NCBI RefSeq assembly: GCF_041956535.1
Contig: NW_027192192.1
Coordinates: forward strand, 1,119,796 to 1,183,795
DNA from: Calcarisporiella thermophila CBS 279.70
Taxonomy: Eukaryota; Fungi; Calcarisporiellomycota
Reading direction: 5' to 3'
Length of the DNA stretch: 64,000 nucleotides
Shown here: piece by piece, positions 13,325-27,199 of the stretch
Layout: each line of letters begins with the position of its first letter
Numbering within the stretch: position 1 is the first letter of the stretch
Program-made: the position numbers and the translations under genes
Notes under the pieces: generated by a model
What the model saw: the letters and a program-made list of their open reading frames with translations, nothing else
What the model was told of the DNA's origin: nothing
Databases searched by the model: none

Positions 13325-14587
13325 AATGAGGGTATTTGCAATCTGAAGACAAGAAATAAAATTAATATGTATTATTTTGTTTAAAAGAGTGTCAATTGGA
13401 TACTAAGGATCCAGAAAAAAAAAGGTATTCCTTTGGTTTACTTTTAGCTTAATTGAGCTCTAATTTTAAAGATTTTTCATATCCAGTTTTATGCCAACTG
13501 TAATAATCATTTGCAATTACATGCGTTCATGAGCCTCTAATTTAATCCACCTGGTAAGAAATAGTTATATTGCTTCTGGCCTACGGCCACTCTGCAAGCC
13601 AGCCCACGGTCAAACTAAAATTGCATTTCTGGCTCTCTTCTGCAAGCCTTGCGCTTACATTAAGATTCGCAACTAGGCTTTGCCCATGAGAAGATGTCAG
13701 CGGGAAAAGAAATGAACGACTGGCTTGGCAACCCTTATTTCTATCTCTCCACCTTGAGCAACAGGTGTCTCCAATAATAAAGAACGTTTGAAAAAACAAC
13801 ACCTATTATTCCCAAAATATACCCATAAATTAACGATTTTACCTATTGGGATAGGTGGGATAAAATCAAAAAGAATGGTTGGCTCGGAAATTATTAAACC
13901 CTCTAGACCTTAACTGGTCTTCGCTTTAACGATAACGAGTACTAGAGCGCTGTATGATGTTGGCTTTCAAAAGTCTCTGCTATTGAACATTGTGAGAGCA
14001 GGAAGCTGGGTATCACCATTGTGAGAATATTAGCATGTTGCAGAAGTCTCTTACGTAGTGCTTTGCCGATTTCCAAACTTCTACATATAGGATCGATTTT
14101 GAAATCTTCTATATCATGATATCGACACAAGTAATGATAATATTGCTAGAGTAATTAAGCCGGGTATATGACTAAGCCACAGCAAGCTCAATGTCCTCTC
14201 CGAGTTGCACCAAAATGCACTTGGGTGCGATGATTGTGTCATAATTACAATTTTATCACAGCCAACGCATCCGAGTTTGCGACAAAAAGGGTTATTTCGC
14301 CTGGTCTAGCCGTCCAATCGAGGATGACTACTTAAAAGAAAAATCTGGCATGATTTCTGGGATAGTATTTAGAAATTCTTTTTCCAGAACATAGCTGGGC
14401 AATCGAGCCAATACCAAATGTCTTGCGGAGGTATTGTCCAATGCCAAGAGCCAATCTGCAATTCAAAAAAGCCTATTGTTGAGTCAAGCAAAGTGAGTAG
14501 GAAACGGTAATGAGCTGTCGTATAAAAAGCTCATCACAATCCCCTGCACCATTACACGTGTTGTGGCATATAGTGCATTACCTCGCT

Positions 14588-15718
14588 ATGGCAAGACTGA
14601 TAACGCTGTTTCTTTTCACATTGTTATTCAATTTCATCGATGCAAAATTTCCACAATTGTCGCTGCCCAAGACGACTGGCCCACATAATGTCGGAACTAT
14701 TTCTACCGAGTTACTCGACGAAGCTCGATCTGATCCGTATGCCCCCTCTTCCCAAAAGCGTTCCCTTATGATCCAATTCTTCTACCCCACCAACACAACC
14801 AAGGGTTTCAAATTGGCGCCGTATATGTCTGCCGCAGCCGCACAATTCTATAATCAGCTTAGCAATCTGCCCAACAATACATTTGAGCAGTTCCAAGGAA
14901 GGTCCTATCTCGGGGCTCCAATCACCACTTCCAAGCTTCCAGTAGTGCTGTTTTCTCCCGGCATGGGAGTGTCCCGATTCCTTTACACCGCTATGGTGTC
15001 CAATCTTGCCAGCCAAGGTTATCTTGTGGTCGCCTTGGATCATCCATATGACGCAAGTATTGTGGAATACCCTGACGGCCGTGTGGTGCCGAGTGCATTT
15101 AATGCAAATCAAACTGTCGATGATATCCTGAAAGCAATGGAGGTGCGCTCTCAAGATGTCAGGTTCGTCTTGAATCAGCTAAGCCACCTCGCTAGCAGCA
15201 AAAAGATTCCCGGACTCAGTGGACCGATTAATGTTGAGCGCGTTGGGATGTTTGGTCACTCTTTAGGAGGCGCTACCGCCGCAAATGTGATGCTGAATGA
15301 TTCTAGGATTGCTGCAGGTTTCAATATGGACGGCTCATTTTTCGGACCTGTCATCAACCAAGGGCTGGATAAACCCTTTGCGCTCATGGGCGCTAGTGAT
15401 AACGGTGCCTTTGATGATGATTCATGGAATAAGACTTGGGCAAACCTACGCTCACGCCGAACAAGTCTCGTTCTTGCCAACTCAAGTCACTTCACTTTCT
15501 CCGATGGTCCGATCTGGACTGCCTTGCTAAACGCTTCAAAAGTGGATGTACCAGAGGGAATCACCTCATACATGGGCAAAATCAATGGGCTACGAGCTAA
15601 CACCGTTACGAATGCCTATATCACTGCCTTTTTCAATTCTATTTTACGAAATACTAGTGAACCACTCCTAGAAAAACCTGATCCACAGTTCCCCGAGATT
15701 ATATTCGATCGAGTATAG
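14588..15718 (+). CDS. Secreted alpha/beta hydrolase, PAF-acetylhydrolase-like family, intronless
   Basis: Signal peptide MARLITLFLFTLL; TGPHNVG; PVVLFSPG; LASQGYLVVALDHPYDA; GHSLGG; NMDG; HFTFSD. Confidence 0.9.
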   Translation: MARLITLFLFTLLFNFIDAKFPQLSLPKTTGPHNVGTISTELLDEARSDPYAPSSQKRSLMIQFFYPTNTTKGFKLAPYMSAAAAQFYNQLSNLPNNTFEQFQGRSYLGAPITTSKLPVVLFSPGMGVSRFLYTAMVSNLASQGYLVVALDHPYDASIVEYPDGRVVPSAFNANQTVDDILKAMEVRSQDVRFVLNQLSHLASSKKIPGLSGPINVERVGMFGHSLGGATAANVMLNDSRIAAGFNMDGSFFGPVINQGLDKPFALMGASDNGAFDDDSWNKTWANLRSRRTSLVLANSSHFTFSDGPIWTALLNASKVDVPEGITSYMGKINGLRANTVTNAYITAFFNSILRNTSEPLLEKPDPQFPEIIFDRV

Positions 15719-16175
15719 CCTCACATATTTGACTATTTTGTTAGAAGCTGTTTACTCTGTAATTTATTTTATGGATACAACAAATTCAAGATGTTCTATA
15801 TTGCCTTCTACGCACTTCATAGTAGGAATGAAGCCTATTGGTTTTATTAGTGACTACTCGCGCGATCATCAGCATTCTGAATTCATATAATAAAGAATGT
15901 ACTTCTAAAATTGAATAATGGCTCATGATATAGATGATATCGTGTTAAGTGGGCTATACTATAATTATGCTCATCTTTCCCAATTACATGGTTGTAAATT
16001 ATTAGCTTAAAAAACATGGAATAGAATTGAGAAACAAAAATATGATCAAATAAAGCACATAATATAATATTTATAAGCTTGGTAAAATCTATTATTTAAA
16101 TTTGAATAAGAAATTCGAGTAAAAGATCAAGAAATTTCGAGCCCAAGGTTAACAAAGATTAATGCATTGCAGATG

Positions 16176-16224
16176 CTTCTGAAATAATGATTCTTCAATT
16201 GTTGAAGAATCATTATTTCAGAAG
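16176..16224. repeat. Perfect 23-bp inverted repeat with 3-nt loop
   Basis: cttctgaaataatgattcttcaa-ttg-ttgaagaatcattatttcagaag. Confidence 0.9.
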
Positions 16225-16254
16225 AATAGTCAGATGAATTTGGAGGACATTTCC

Positions 16255-16713
16255 NNNNNNNNNNNNNNNNNNNNNNNNNNNNNNNNNNNNNNNNNNNNNN
16301 NNNNNNNNNNNNNNNNNNNNNNNNNNNNNNNNNNNNNNNNNNNNNNNNNNNNNNNNNNNNNNNNNNNNNNNNNNNNNNNNNNNNNNNNNNNNNNNNNNNN
16401 NNNNNNNNNNNNNNNNNNNNNNNNNNNNNNNNNNNNNNNNNNNNNNNNNNNNNNNNNNNNNNNNNNNNNNNNNNNNNNNNNNNNNNNNNNNNNNNNNNNN
16501 NNNNNNNNNNNNNNNNNNNNNNNNNNNNNNNNNNNNNNNNNNNNNNNNNNNNNNNNNNNNNNNNNNNNNNNNNNNNNNNNNNNNNNNNNNNNNNNNNNNN
16601 NNNNNNNNNNNNNNNNNNNNNNNNNNNNNNNNNNNNNNNNNNNNNNNNNNNNNNNNNNNNNNNNNNNNNNNNNNNNNNNNNNNNNNNNNNNNNNNNNNNN
16701 NNNNNNNNNNNNN
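16255..16713. other. Assembly gap (N run)
   Basis: Run of n. Confidence 1.
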
Positions 16714-17362
16714 NTAAAGCCCTATCCTCTTAGAAATCCCCGAGGAAAACTTCTCAGAGACTACAGAAAACAGTTTTTTCTTGCTTCAGGTTTTTCACCG
16801 GCTTGAAGAAGTGCAAGTTGTCTAAAGGTTTGGTAGTATGTGTTATCCGTGTGTTCTTGTAGATGATGAAACAAAATCATGCCATCTCGTGAATGAAAAG
16901 AGAATCGTGCAACTTCGTCTAGCTGTTCTTTATATGTAAGCGAAGAGGAAATGTCTTCCAAACTCATTTGGTAATTCTTCTGCGAAGTGGACAGTAAGAA
17001 ACGAGTCTTGGGAAATAAAACGGGAAATAGATGCGGAGAGGGTCGACATGATGAATATAAAAGCGAGTTATAATTAGAATACAATGAAGATTTAGTATAT
17101 GATTTGTAACGAATTCAAGGGTGTAAAACAAAGAGGCGTAAAAGTGTTTCGAGAATGTATATTCTTGAATATATATTGTATTTTTAAGGAAATATTAATG
17201 CTGTTGCAGAGAGTTCTGAAACGCTGATTCTTCAAAATCTAAATGCGGTATGTCTAATTAAGCTTGGAAACTCCCAATTTCTAAATTTTGCATGACCGAT
17301 CGAGTTAAGAATCTCCCATATAGAGCTTTTAGTACACTTAATTACAATACAACTAAGTGTTG

Positions 17363-18357
17363 ATGTCGGTTATACAAACGAATCCCCGGAGAGATTATGG
17401 AATCGTGGTTGCAAAGGTAAAATGGATAATTCGTTTTATTCAACTACCTGTACCAACTTGAAATTTTGAATGATGTGTTAGGTTTCTGTCACCACTGTGA
17501 TCCATGCCCACACTTTATTCGCCTATAGTATGTAATCTTTTTTGCTTTGTGTAAATGCACTTCTAACATAAGTTTCACCAAGCCGCATTTTTCATCGCAC
17601 TCATCGTGGGATGTTTGACTCACTACCACAAAATTGTTGAAAATGAATTTTATGGATATCCACAAGTAAGCAATCTTTCTTAGCGATTCTGAGTGATATT
17701 CATATTGGGTCAATGGATGGATTAGGAATGGCTTCCTAGTGTCAGTGCAACGATCGGGGATAGGTACCCTGCACGTGCGCTCTTTCAGATTTTCATCGCA
17801 CTTACATCGGGCCCTCGCTTTATTCTGGTTTTTGTAAACTATCTTCGATCTAAATCTGCTTTTCCACCTCGTTGGCGAACCGTGTTCCTCGCAATCGGCT
17901 TGGCTCGCACTGTGGCATGTGGAGGTTGGGTGTACGTAACTAGTACCGACGATCATTCTCTCCACGACTTTGCCATGATAACCTACGTGATCCTTACACT
18001 GCCTTGGATGGTGGGAAATATCATGATCCCCTCCAATGAAAAAACCAGCCCATCGAAATGGAGAAAAAGGATATGCTACGCATTTTTTGGAAGCTTGATG
18101 CCATTAGCGTATCTTTTTATACAGCATAAGATCTATCATGTTCCTGGAGGTAACTCTTCTCATCTGTATGAAGTAAAGCGTAAAGAGCTCGCGCCTTTGC
18201 TAACGAAATCCAATCATGGATAGCATACACATATTATGCAATGTTCGAGTGGTCCCTCATTATCTATGATATTGCGTTCGATGCTATGACCGCATTGGAG
18301 ATGGAAGGAGTAGATATGGAAGTGGTGGATATGTCGGGTAATGATAAATTTGTCTAA
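17363..18357 (+). CDS. Stand-alone CWH43 N-terminal / PGAP2 (Frag1/DRAM/Sfk1) family membrane protein, multi-exon
   Basis: Spliced reading MSVIQTNP...HYHKIVENEFYGYPQ|EWLPSVSATIGDRYPARALFQIFIALTSGPRF...GGWVYVTSTDDH...AYTYYAMFEWSLIIYDIAFD. Confidence 0.85.
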
Positions 18358-18597
18358 TTCGTGTGTGAATACCATGTATTTTAAAATACTTTTGCAGGCT
18401 TAAAACAAAATAAATGAAAGATGAGGATACAAAACGTTGTTTTTTTTTTTCAAAAAGTAGACACAATAGGGTAGATAATTTCGCAAAAGCAAATAATTTT
18501 ATATAATAAAAAAATTAAACTCTACATATCATAGCATATAAAAGGTCATGAAAACAAAGAATACAATGCGTTCAGCTCCAATCTCATACTAGTTTTA

Positions 18598-19648
18598 CTA
18601 CTTGTTTCCAATATCAGACTTCCACTGCCTTACTCTCTCGAATCCATTGCTTGCTGTCTGATAGTCCATCATGGTCGAGTAAATTTCCTCGTCTGTACTC
18701 ATCACGAAAGGGCCATATTGCTTGATCGGCTCTTTGAGCGGCTCGCCGGCAATCACAACAAATCTGGCGTCATTTTCGGGGCTCTCGACGGGAAGATATT
18801 CGCCATCACTGAGAACGAGAGTGTGGTGCTCTTTGGAACGATGCTCACCGAATTGTGCATTTCCAGAAATAGTGAACACGAAGCCGTTATAGTGCTTGGG
18901 TATTTCCTACACACGGGAAGGTTGGTCCATCAATACGAGGTTAAATATGATGAGTTAGAAGAAGCAAACTTACAATGTCTAGCTTTTTGCCTTGCTTCAT
19001 GTTGACATCAAGGAACAAGATAGGTGTCCGTGTGAACACAGGACTATCTATTCCAAACGCACTACCAGAGATGACCTTGACGCTGACGCCCTCTTGTGGT
19101 TGAACACGTGGAATGGATTCATCGCGAAGTTCTTGATAACGAGGCTCGCACATTTTATGTTTCCGAGGCAAATTCACCCACAGTTGAAGTCCCTTAGCAC
19201 CGCAAGGGGCAGGCCTAAACAAAAGTACATCATTAGTGGAATCAACCACAAGAAATGGTGAAAAAAAAAATACATACATTTCCGCATGCATGATACCCTT
19301 TCCAGCGGTCATCCACTGCAGATCTCCTGGGTAAATTGTACCTCTATGGCCCGCGAAATCTTCATGCATAACTGCTCCTTCCAGCACATACGTCACAGTT
19401 TCTTGACCTCGATGAGGATGATCGGGGAAGCCAGCAGGCGGCTGAACATCGAATTGATCAAGCATTAGAAAGGGATCTAGATTACGAACCTGAGAAGAGC
19501 CGATAGAGCGCCGGACTCGCGCACCAACTCCTTCCTATAGTGAAACAGATTAGTATAAATACAAATTGGGAAACCATCAGTCGATTCCTACTCCTTGCTC
19601 CGGTGCGAAGACGCTTTTAATAATACTCCGAGCTATTCTTGAAGCCAT
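18598..19648 (-). CDS. Pirin (bicupin), multi-exon
   Basis: EGVGARVRRSIG, DPFLMLD, GFPDHPHRGQETVTY, LQWMTAGKGIMHAEM, GLQLWVNLP, EPIKQYGPFVM. Confidence 0.95.
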
Positions 19649-20055
19649 GGTTTATATTCGTTGATATTGTCGCTGATGTAAAAGTGGTAGTATCGAATTT
19701 TCGATAATTCTGAGTAGGTTTATGGCGAAGTCGTACTTTCTTATATAAAAAAAGGTGTGCGAATCTCGTTCCAAATCGGTAACAATTGAATAATCTCATG
19801 CAAGGTTCGGGAAGCCTAATAGTATTTGTCAGTCCTAATTGGTTTCACAAGAGGTGAGAAAAATTATCCAAAAGCTCTTGTTTTCCTTTCTGTAGGCAGG
19901 AAAGCTCAAAGAAACACATTGCCAGAAACTAGGAGAAAAATAAGGATAAACTGATAGCTTTCAAGGATTATTAATTAAAATAATAAAAAAGTAAAAAGTA
20001 AAAAAAAATGACAAGGAATATGAATTTTATATATTTTATAAGCGTTGGATTGTAT

Positions 20056-21655
20056 TTAAGACCCAGCAGCTATATAAATATAACATAATTAGATTAGCTA
20101 TTCCATTACATCGCGAGAAAGAAAAGAAAAAAAAAAATAAAGAAATGAACTCACTATAGAAGTACACCGATTCCCACAATGGCTTATAATCTTGGATAAT
20201 GCCCGCCACGAGAGAAAGAAGCGGTCGCTTACTCCAGGACTCGATAAATCCATCAAGGCGAGATCTAATAATCGGGGGAAATAATATAGATTTGAGCATC
20301 TTGACGTATCCTCCATGAAGCAAAGCGATTTACCTTGTGTAGTTATCATAGAATGGGCTTCTTAGGACATAAAAGAACAAGAGATACCATCTTCTTGTGT
20401 GCTCTTCACGTTCAAGACTCGTCATCGTCCTCTTTCCTCCACGAATTTCATAGTATTCATGCAAAAGTGCACGAGCCATAATCTCTAATATGAATGAAAT
20501 CCACCAAGGACGCCATGAATTTTTCCCGTATCGCCTGATGGCCAGCACATATATCAGCGGTCGAACAATGAATAGCAGTTCAGCCAGTCGTCCAAAATCA
20601 CGCAAAGGCCGGACTAGGCGATCGGGAGGGAGAAGGGTGTCGATACGCAGGACCTTAGACATCAGGAAAGCTGTAACATTGGGGTGCTTTGCCTTCACAT
20701 GGCCATTGGCACCTGCTTTTCCCTTTCCGTTGGCTATGCCATTTGCTTTGAGCGAGCCGTTGGTAGCTCCATTCAACTCAATAGATGCGGCAAGGGTAGG
20801 ATGTAGCGTGCCAGTGCGGGCGCCCACCCATGTGGTATCAGCTTGGGATAGGTGATGGTGTGCGTCAGAATCAGAGGAGGGTTCGTCGGGATCTATCTCT
20901 GAAGGATCCACGTCACGTTCGAGATAAGAAGGATGCAGGAGCAGGCGATAACCGGTTTTGCGGAACAGAGCAAGCCGGCATATTACTCTATTCGAGGGTT
21001 GAAAAATAATTTTGATAAGAAAAACAATTCACGACAAACAATATGCCAATACCACATCAACTCACTTCACCAACTCAATTAAAGTCACCACTCTCCATTT
21101 GGCCTCTCGACCCCATTTTTTCTGTACGCTCATCTCAGCTACCACCTCTGTGTATTGTAGGAGCGTGAGAACAAGGGCAATGCGGTCATAATTTGAAGAA
21201 ATAGACATCCAAAAACGGGTGTAACGATTTTGAGAGGAAGGTAAGTGACGAACAGCAGTAGAGGAAGCAGCGGCTCGCGTTAAGATGTTGTCGTGATAGA
21301 GACCGAGAATATTAAGGGCCGCAAAAACTACATTTATATAAATTTGAAGAGTATAAAAAAATGGAATGCCTCGGTTGATTAAACTTAAATAATGGAAAAT
21401 CTTACGTGCTTGAGATGCTAGCTCGGAGTCCTGAAATCTTCCTACAGATGTATAGAAACGGATTTTTTAAAAAATAGTATACAACCCATCGAATTGATCA
21501 TGTAAAGAGTTATCTTTCAGAATGGAGATAGAGAAAAATTGCAGATATAAAATACCTGGCAGGATGTAGCTCAAGGATCGCAGCGAGTTCTCCACTGCAC
21601 TTATCTGAGATGCATTTTTAAGCATGAAGCGCTCATATTTACGCAGTAACTCCAT
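20056..21655 (-). CDS. PEX16: Peroxisomal membrane protein Pex16, multi-exon
   Basis: N-terminal YERFMLKNASQISAVENSLRSLSYILPG, AELLFIVRPLIY, SWRPW, YVLRSPFYD and C-terminal DYKPLWESVYFY. Confidence 0.9.
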
Positions 21656-22643
21656 CCTCTTCTGCTATCTTTTTTGGTTTATGAAATAAATACAGGCAGG
21701 AGAAAAAGGAATGTATAAGGGCAAAAGAGCCTGAAGGAGTTGAAAAATACATGTGACTAAGGAGCCAAGGGTGAAATTCTGCCCTCAACCAATATTCAAA
21801 ATTTGAAACCCACAAACTGGCGAAATTCCTTTTCCTACCCCGCCGAACTATAAATTCAACTCAATTTCCCGCTCACTGGCTGTTCTTCACTCTCAGGCCT
21901 GAGCGCGAAGCATAACGATATTATTCTTTCGCCTTTTACTAAAGAATACCGTGTTTCGTGCTCATTAAGGGCCTTTTACAATTTTTTGTGCATTTTCTCT
22001 CTTTCGGAGGGAAAATAATTATTTAATAAGAGAAAAAAATAAGAGTTGAATTGAAGATGGCCAACAAGTATCTCCCTTGACTTCATCATCAAGATCTAGA
22101 AATATTCAGAAATAGTCCTTCTTCTATTTCGATCCTGGTTCTAAAAAAGGGAAGATTTAAAGGAGGCAAACCTGTCAACTATATTGCAATCTAAGAGGAA
22201 TAGAGGAGCGAATGAAACCTTTCGCTGAGAGATGGGCCAAACTGTAAAGGCCATTTAGAGTACGCGAAGGCATTTACGAATTCCCTCCTCCACTTCACTA
22301 AAGTGAGGATAGAATACTTCGAAGAGACACATTAGGCTCTAGAATATTGTATCAAGCGGGATCCCTTTAACCATGGTGTTGTTAGCCCAAGTGGAAGGGA
22401 GTTTAGAGAATAAAATATTCTTCTATTTGAGTAAAAGCACCACCAAGGAAAATTAATCAAGACAAGATATGGCGAGGATCCACCTGCCTTAAAAAGCGTG
22501 GTTTATGCTGTCTATCCTCCACACGCAATTAGATAAAAAGAAAATCTCTATATTTGCTCATTTTTCTCTCCTTGTTTCTTCTCTTTTTTCACGTCATTTA
22601 ACACAGAAGAACACAGACATCGCTCATTCCAGTGAAGAGGATA

Positions 22644-22979
22644 ATGAACACACTGCTCATCACTCTCCTTACTTTGCTGCTTCTCCCTCATACCCAGGCT
22701 GTCCCCACTCCATTTCTCCGTTTAAACCCCTCAAATGAGGAATTCACATTTTGGCCAGAAATGCATCCCCGCGACGAAGACAAATGGCGATTATTGTGGA
22801 ATCAATATTTACGCGCTAGAGTTGCAGGAGAGGGCTTCTATATGGGGGGAAGAAGCCCGCGGTGGTTTGACGAGCCAACGGAGGAGTATTACGAGTCGGA
22901 ATACGATGATGGTCGATGGGGAGAAGAGGTGGAAGAAGAATATGTATGGGAGGATGAAATCGACGAGTATAGAAAATAA
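22644..22979 (+). CDS. Small secreted protein with acidic, aromatic-rich C-terminus
   Basis: Signal peptide MNTLLITLLTLLLLPHTQA-VP; intronless; E/D/Y/W-rich tail. Confidence 0.7.
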   Translation: MNTLLITLLTLLLLPHTQAVPTPFLRLNPSNEEFTFWPEMHPRDEDKWRLLWNQYLRARVAGEGFYMGGRSPRWFDEPTEEYYESEYDDGRWGEEVEEEYVWEDEIDEYRK

Positions 22980-23362
22980 TCGGTCATCTAGTGTTCTATA
23001 TGTATGTACATAAAATTATATTATATTATATATATATTCTTTGGATATATAGCGCTTCCTCTGTTGTAAACCAAGAACATTCCTTTTAATTAATCATCTA
23101 TATCAATCTATATCATCTATCCAGTACCACCATCCTTATATAATAAGTAGAGATTCTTTATATATAATAATATGTTACACAGAACACTACTGCAAAAGAG
23201 ACGAGGGAGAGTGTCCTTTTTACATACGCAATAAATGAACATCCAAAATATGGTGGAGGGGAGGAAAAAAAAGGTGTGTGTAGGGGGGAAAGTTCAATCA
23301 GGGAGATCTAAAAAAATAATAGGCTGAAATAGTGTAATATATAAGAAGAGGAGGCGAAAAAT

Positions 23363-24163
<801 letters not shown>

Positions 24164-25880
24164 CTAGCACCAGTCAGATTTCAGTTGTCATGCCTATCTT
24201 CCAGACAGATATAAATTTTTCCTTATGCTTCTCAGGCAGTCGTAAGCAGGCGCCAAGTCCACATCTCAATAGTTTACTAATCGCCAGTTTTAACTTTGTT
24301 CCGTCCCAACTTACTCATCTTTGGCTTCACTTTCCCTTATATTTCCTAACCTTTTTCGTCTTTCATATCAGCCATGGCGATCGGACTCCCCCGAGCCCCA
24401 CATTTCTCATTTCCTAAAGCCATTCCTCATTCATCTTTGTCTCGGAGAGATGGATTATTTCAAAAATACTAGACATTACACACTTAGAATGTACAAAATC
24501 TAACTGGGTCGAACTCTTTTGAAAATGACCCCTCACGATTTCAAATGCAATGCGTTCATGATATTATACGAGCCCTTTTTTTTATTTCGAGATAATTTGT
24601 GCTTGCTATGCGCAATAATAGAGCTGCTAAGCTTTGCTTTACAAAATATGGGCGATTCAAAGGAAAAATAACCGTTGGCAGCGAAGATCATCGACATGAG
24701 ATAATATTACCTTTGAGAAATGTATCGAATCTTTTTGAACCTCTTGAATAGAAACCCTTCAAGCTTCTACTCGAACCACTATGCACCTTCCTTTTTGACT
24801 AGAAGGCAATTCCATTCGTGCTTTTATCGGCACGGTGATATGCAACCAATCAATTTGCGTTACTAATTATGGAATGGACATTATTATATCACAATATGAT
24901 GCAATAATTAAGTGGGCTAAATTCAAGGGTTGGTGAAAGAAAAATTAAAATAAGCCTTAATGAGTGGTTGCCTTCCATTTATTTTGGCAGATCGAAATGT
25001 GGCGAAAGACCATTCTGCGCAGAGGACCTCTGTTATGAGGCGAGGATCTCGGAAGGAAAGCGACCATTTTAGCAAATGGAGTAATTTTTTCATCTGATTA
25101 TAAATCAGCATTATTGGCGTAGAGACTGCGTTTTCTCGAAGAACTGACCTGTGGATCAACTATTATCAGCCAAATTACGCATTCTACATTCAAAGGTATC
25201 TACTCTTAGATTCATACAGTGATGGGTTATTTTATTGGAGTTTATACCAATATTTTGGTTTCAGCATTTTTGAATAAAACCAGTGCTTCAAAGAGATATA
25301 AAACACCTTCGCTTCAATCCGTCATATCAAGTGGACTGGGATGCACAATAATTCCATCAAGCCACTGCAGTCTTACTGAGGGCGATGGTCAAATTTCGCA
25401 GTGGGTAAGGATACACGACTAACAGACAGAAGCCAATTGAAAGAGCGTGCAGCCTCTTATATTATAATTCATCGCAGAATTAAACGAAAGTTGATAAGAT
25501 ATTTCAGCTATAACCAATTTCAACAATTCACAACAAAGTCAACCTGGGGGACACGGCTAGTTGTATAACCGTGAGGCACGACTTTGGAGTCGTCGGCATC
25601 CAATTTATGGAATCCCACCTTCCCCTAAATTGTTGGGGGCGAATCTTCTTATTCTCTTAAATTTGCTCTCCTTTTTTGTTGAAACAGTCACTGAAGTTGC
25701 CACTCACATTGCTTGTTCTTATACATCTGAAGGGGCAAAATAGTATAGGAGTTCGAATTTAGACCACTGATGGGTAGCGAAAACAGAGTGCGACAAAGGT
25801 TCTCGATTGAAAAGGCGTGTTTACTCTTGCTCTTCCACCTCAATTTTGATATATATATTTCCCATCTCAAATTATACCGG

Positions 25881-27199
25881 ATGGAGTCCACAAATCAAGG
25901 TTTGTATCGAGTAGTGTTCTACACACTCTCTCTGGCATAATATGTCTGGAGATGTTTTATCTCCATATGACTGGATATCTAAATCGGTCTGCTTTGCCAT
26001 TTAGCCATTTTCAATCCACATCTCTCTAACTTGGCCAGCAAGTTTGGTGCTACCGATTACTCTGTAGAAAATTTACCGGCATCTGTAAAACGCCGAATCT
26101 ATGCCCTCAAGCATCTGCAGTCTCAACACGCTTCACTTGAGGCCAACTTCCAGGAGGAGGTGCTTGCTCTTGAGAAAAAATATCTTGATTTGTATCGACC
26201 TCTCTATGAGAAGCGTTCTGCGCTGGTGAATGGCTCGCAGGAACCGACAGATGAAGAAATTAAATCTGGTCGTGAGGTTGATGCAAAGGAGCGAGGCGAG
26301 GAGAGCAATGTAGAAGAAACAAAGAAGGAGGAGGAATCGGAGGAGACCCCGGTTACTGGAGTCCCCGAGTTCTGGCTCACGGCAATGAAAAACCACCTCC
26401 AGCTCGCAGAGCTCATTACTGAACGCGATGAGGAAGCATTAAAGCATCTCGTTGACATCCGCCTTGCTTATCTCGACAAACCTGGTTTCCGCCTTGAATT
26501 TGAGTTTGCTTCCAATGACTTCTTCGAAAACACCGTTCTCAGCAAGACCTACTATTATCAAGAGAAGCCCGGCTATGGTGGAGATTTTGTGTACGATCGT
26601 GCTGAGGGAACTGAAATCAAATGGAAGGATCCTAGCAAAAACCTTAGCATCACCCTCCAAACCAAAGTCCAACGCCGCAAAGGTAAGGCTTTTCTGTTGA
26701 ATTTTTCTATTCTATTCAAAAAATGAATGTTCTGCACCATTACCCTTGGATCGATTGCATACACACTCTCCCCCGCTAATGGTTTCTAAAATGCGCTTTT
26801 CTCAATTTGTTAGGCACCAGTGAGACGCGTGTAGTGAAGAAAACTGTGTCCACCGATACATTCTTCTCTTTCTTCGCCCCCCCTTCCATCCCTGCCGATG
26901 ATGAAGTGGTTGATGAGGATGATCTCGAAACTCTTGAGGCCAAACTCGAGGCAGACTACGAGCTTGGTGAGGAATTCAAGGACAAGCTCATCCCTCATGC
27001 AGTCGACTGGTTCACGGGCAAGGCGCTCGAGTATGAGGACGTGGATGCCGATGATTACGACGATGGCCTGTTGGGCGATGAGGATAACGAGGACGATGAT
27101 GAGGAGGATTTGGACGAATTAGACGACGATGACGACGAGATCGACGATGCCAAGCCAAAGAGTAAAGGCGATAAGGCACCAGAGTGCAACCAGCAGTAA
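25881..27199 (+). CDS. NAP1: Nucleosome assembly protein 1
   Basis: LEKKYLDLYRPLYEKR, GVPEFWLTAMKN, NTVLSKTYYY, FFSFFAPP, IPHAVDWFTG, acidic tail and CaaX-like ECNQQ end; two introns. Confidence 0.95.

Noticed and set aside
16234-16806. 190-aa ORF
   Set aside because: Artefact of translating through an N gap
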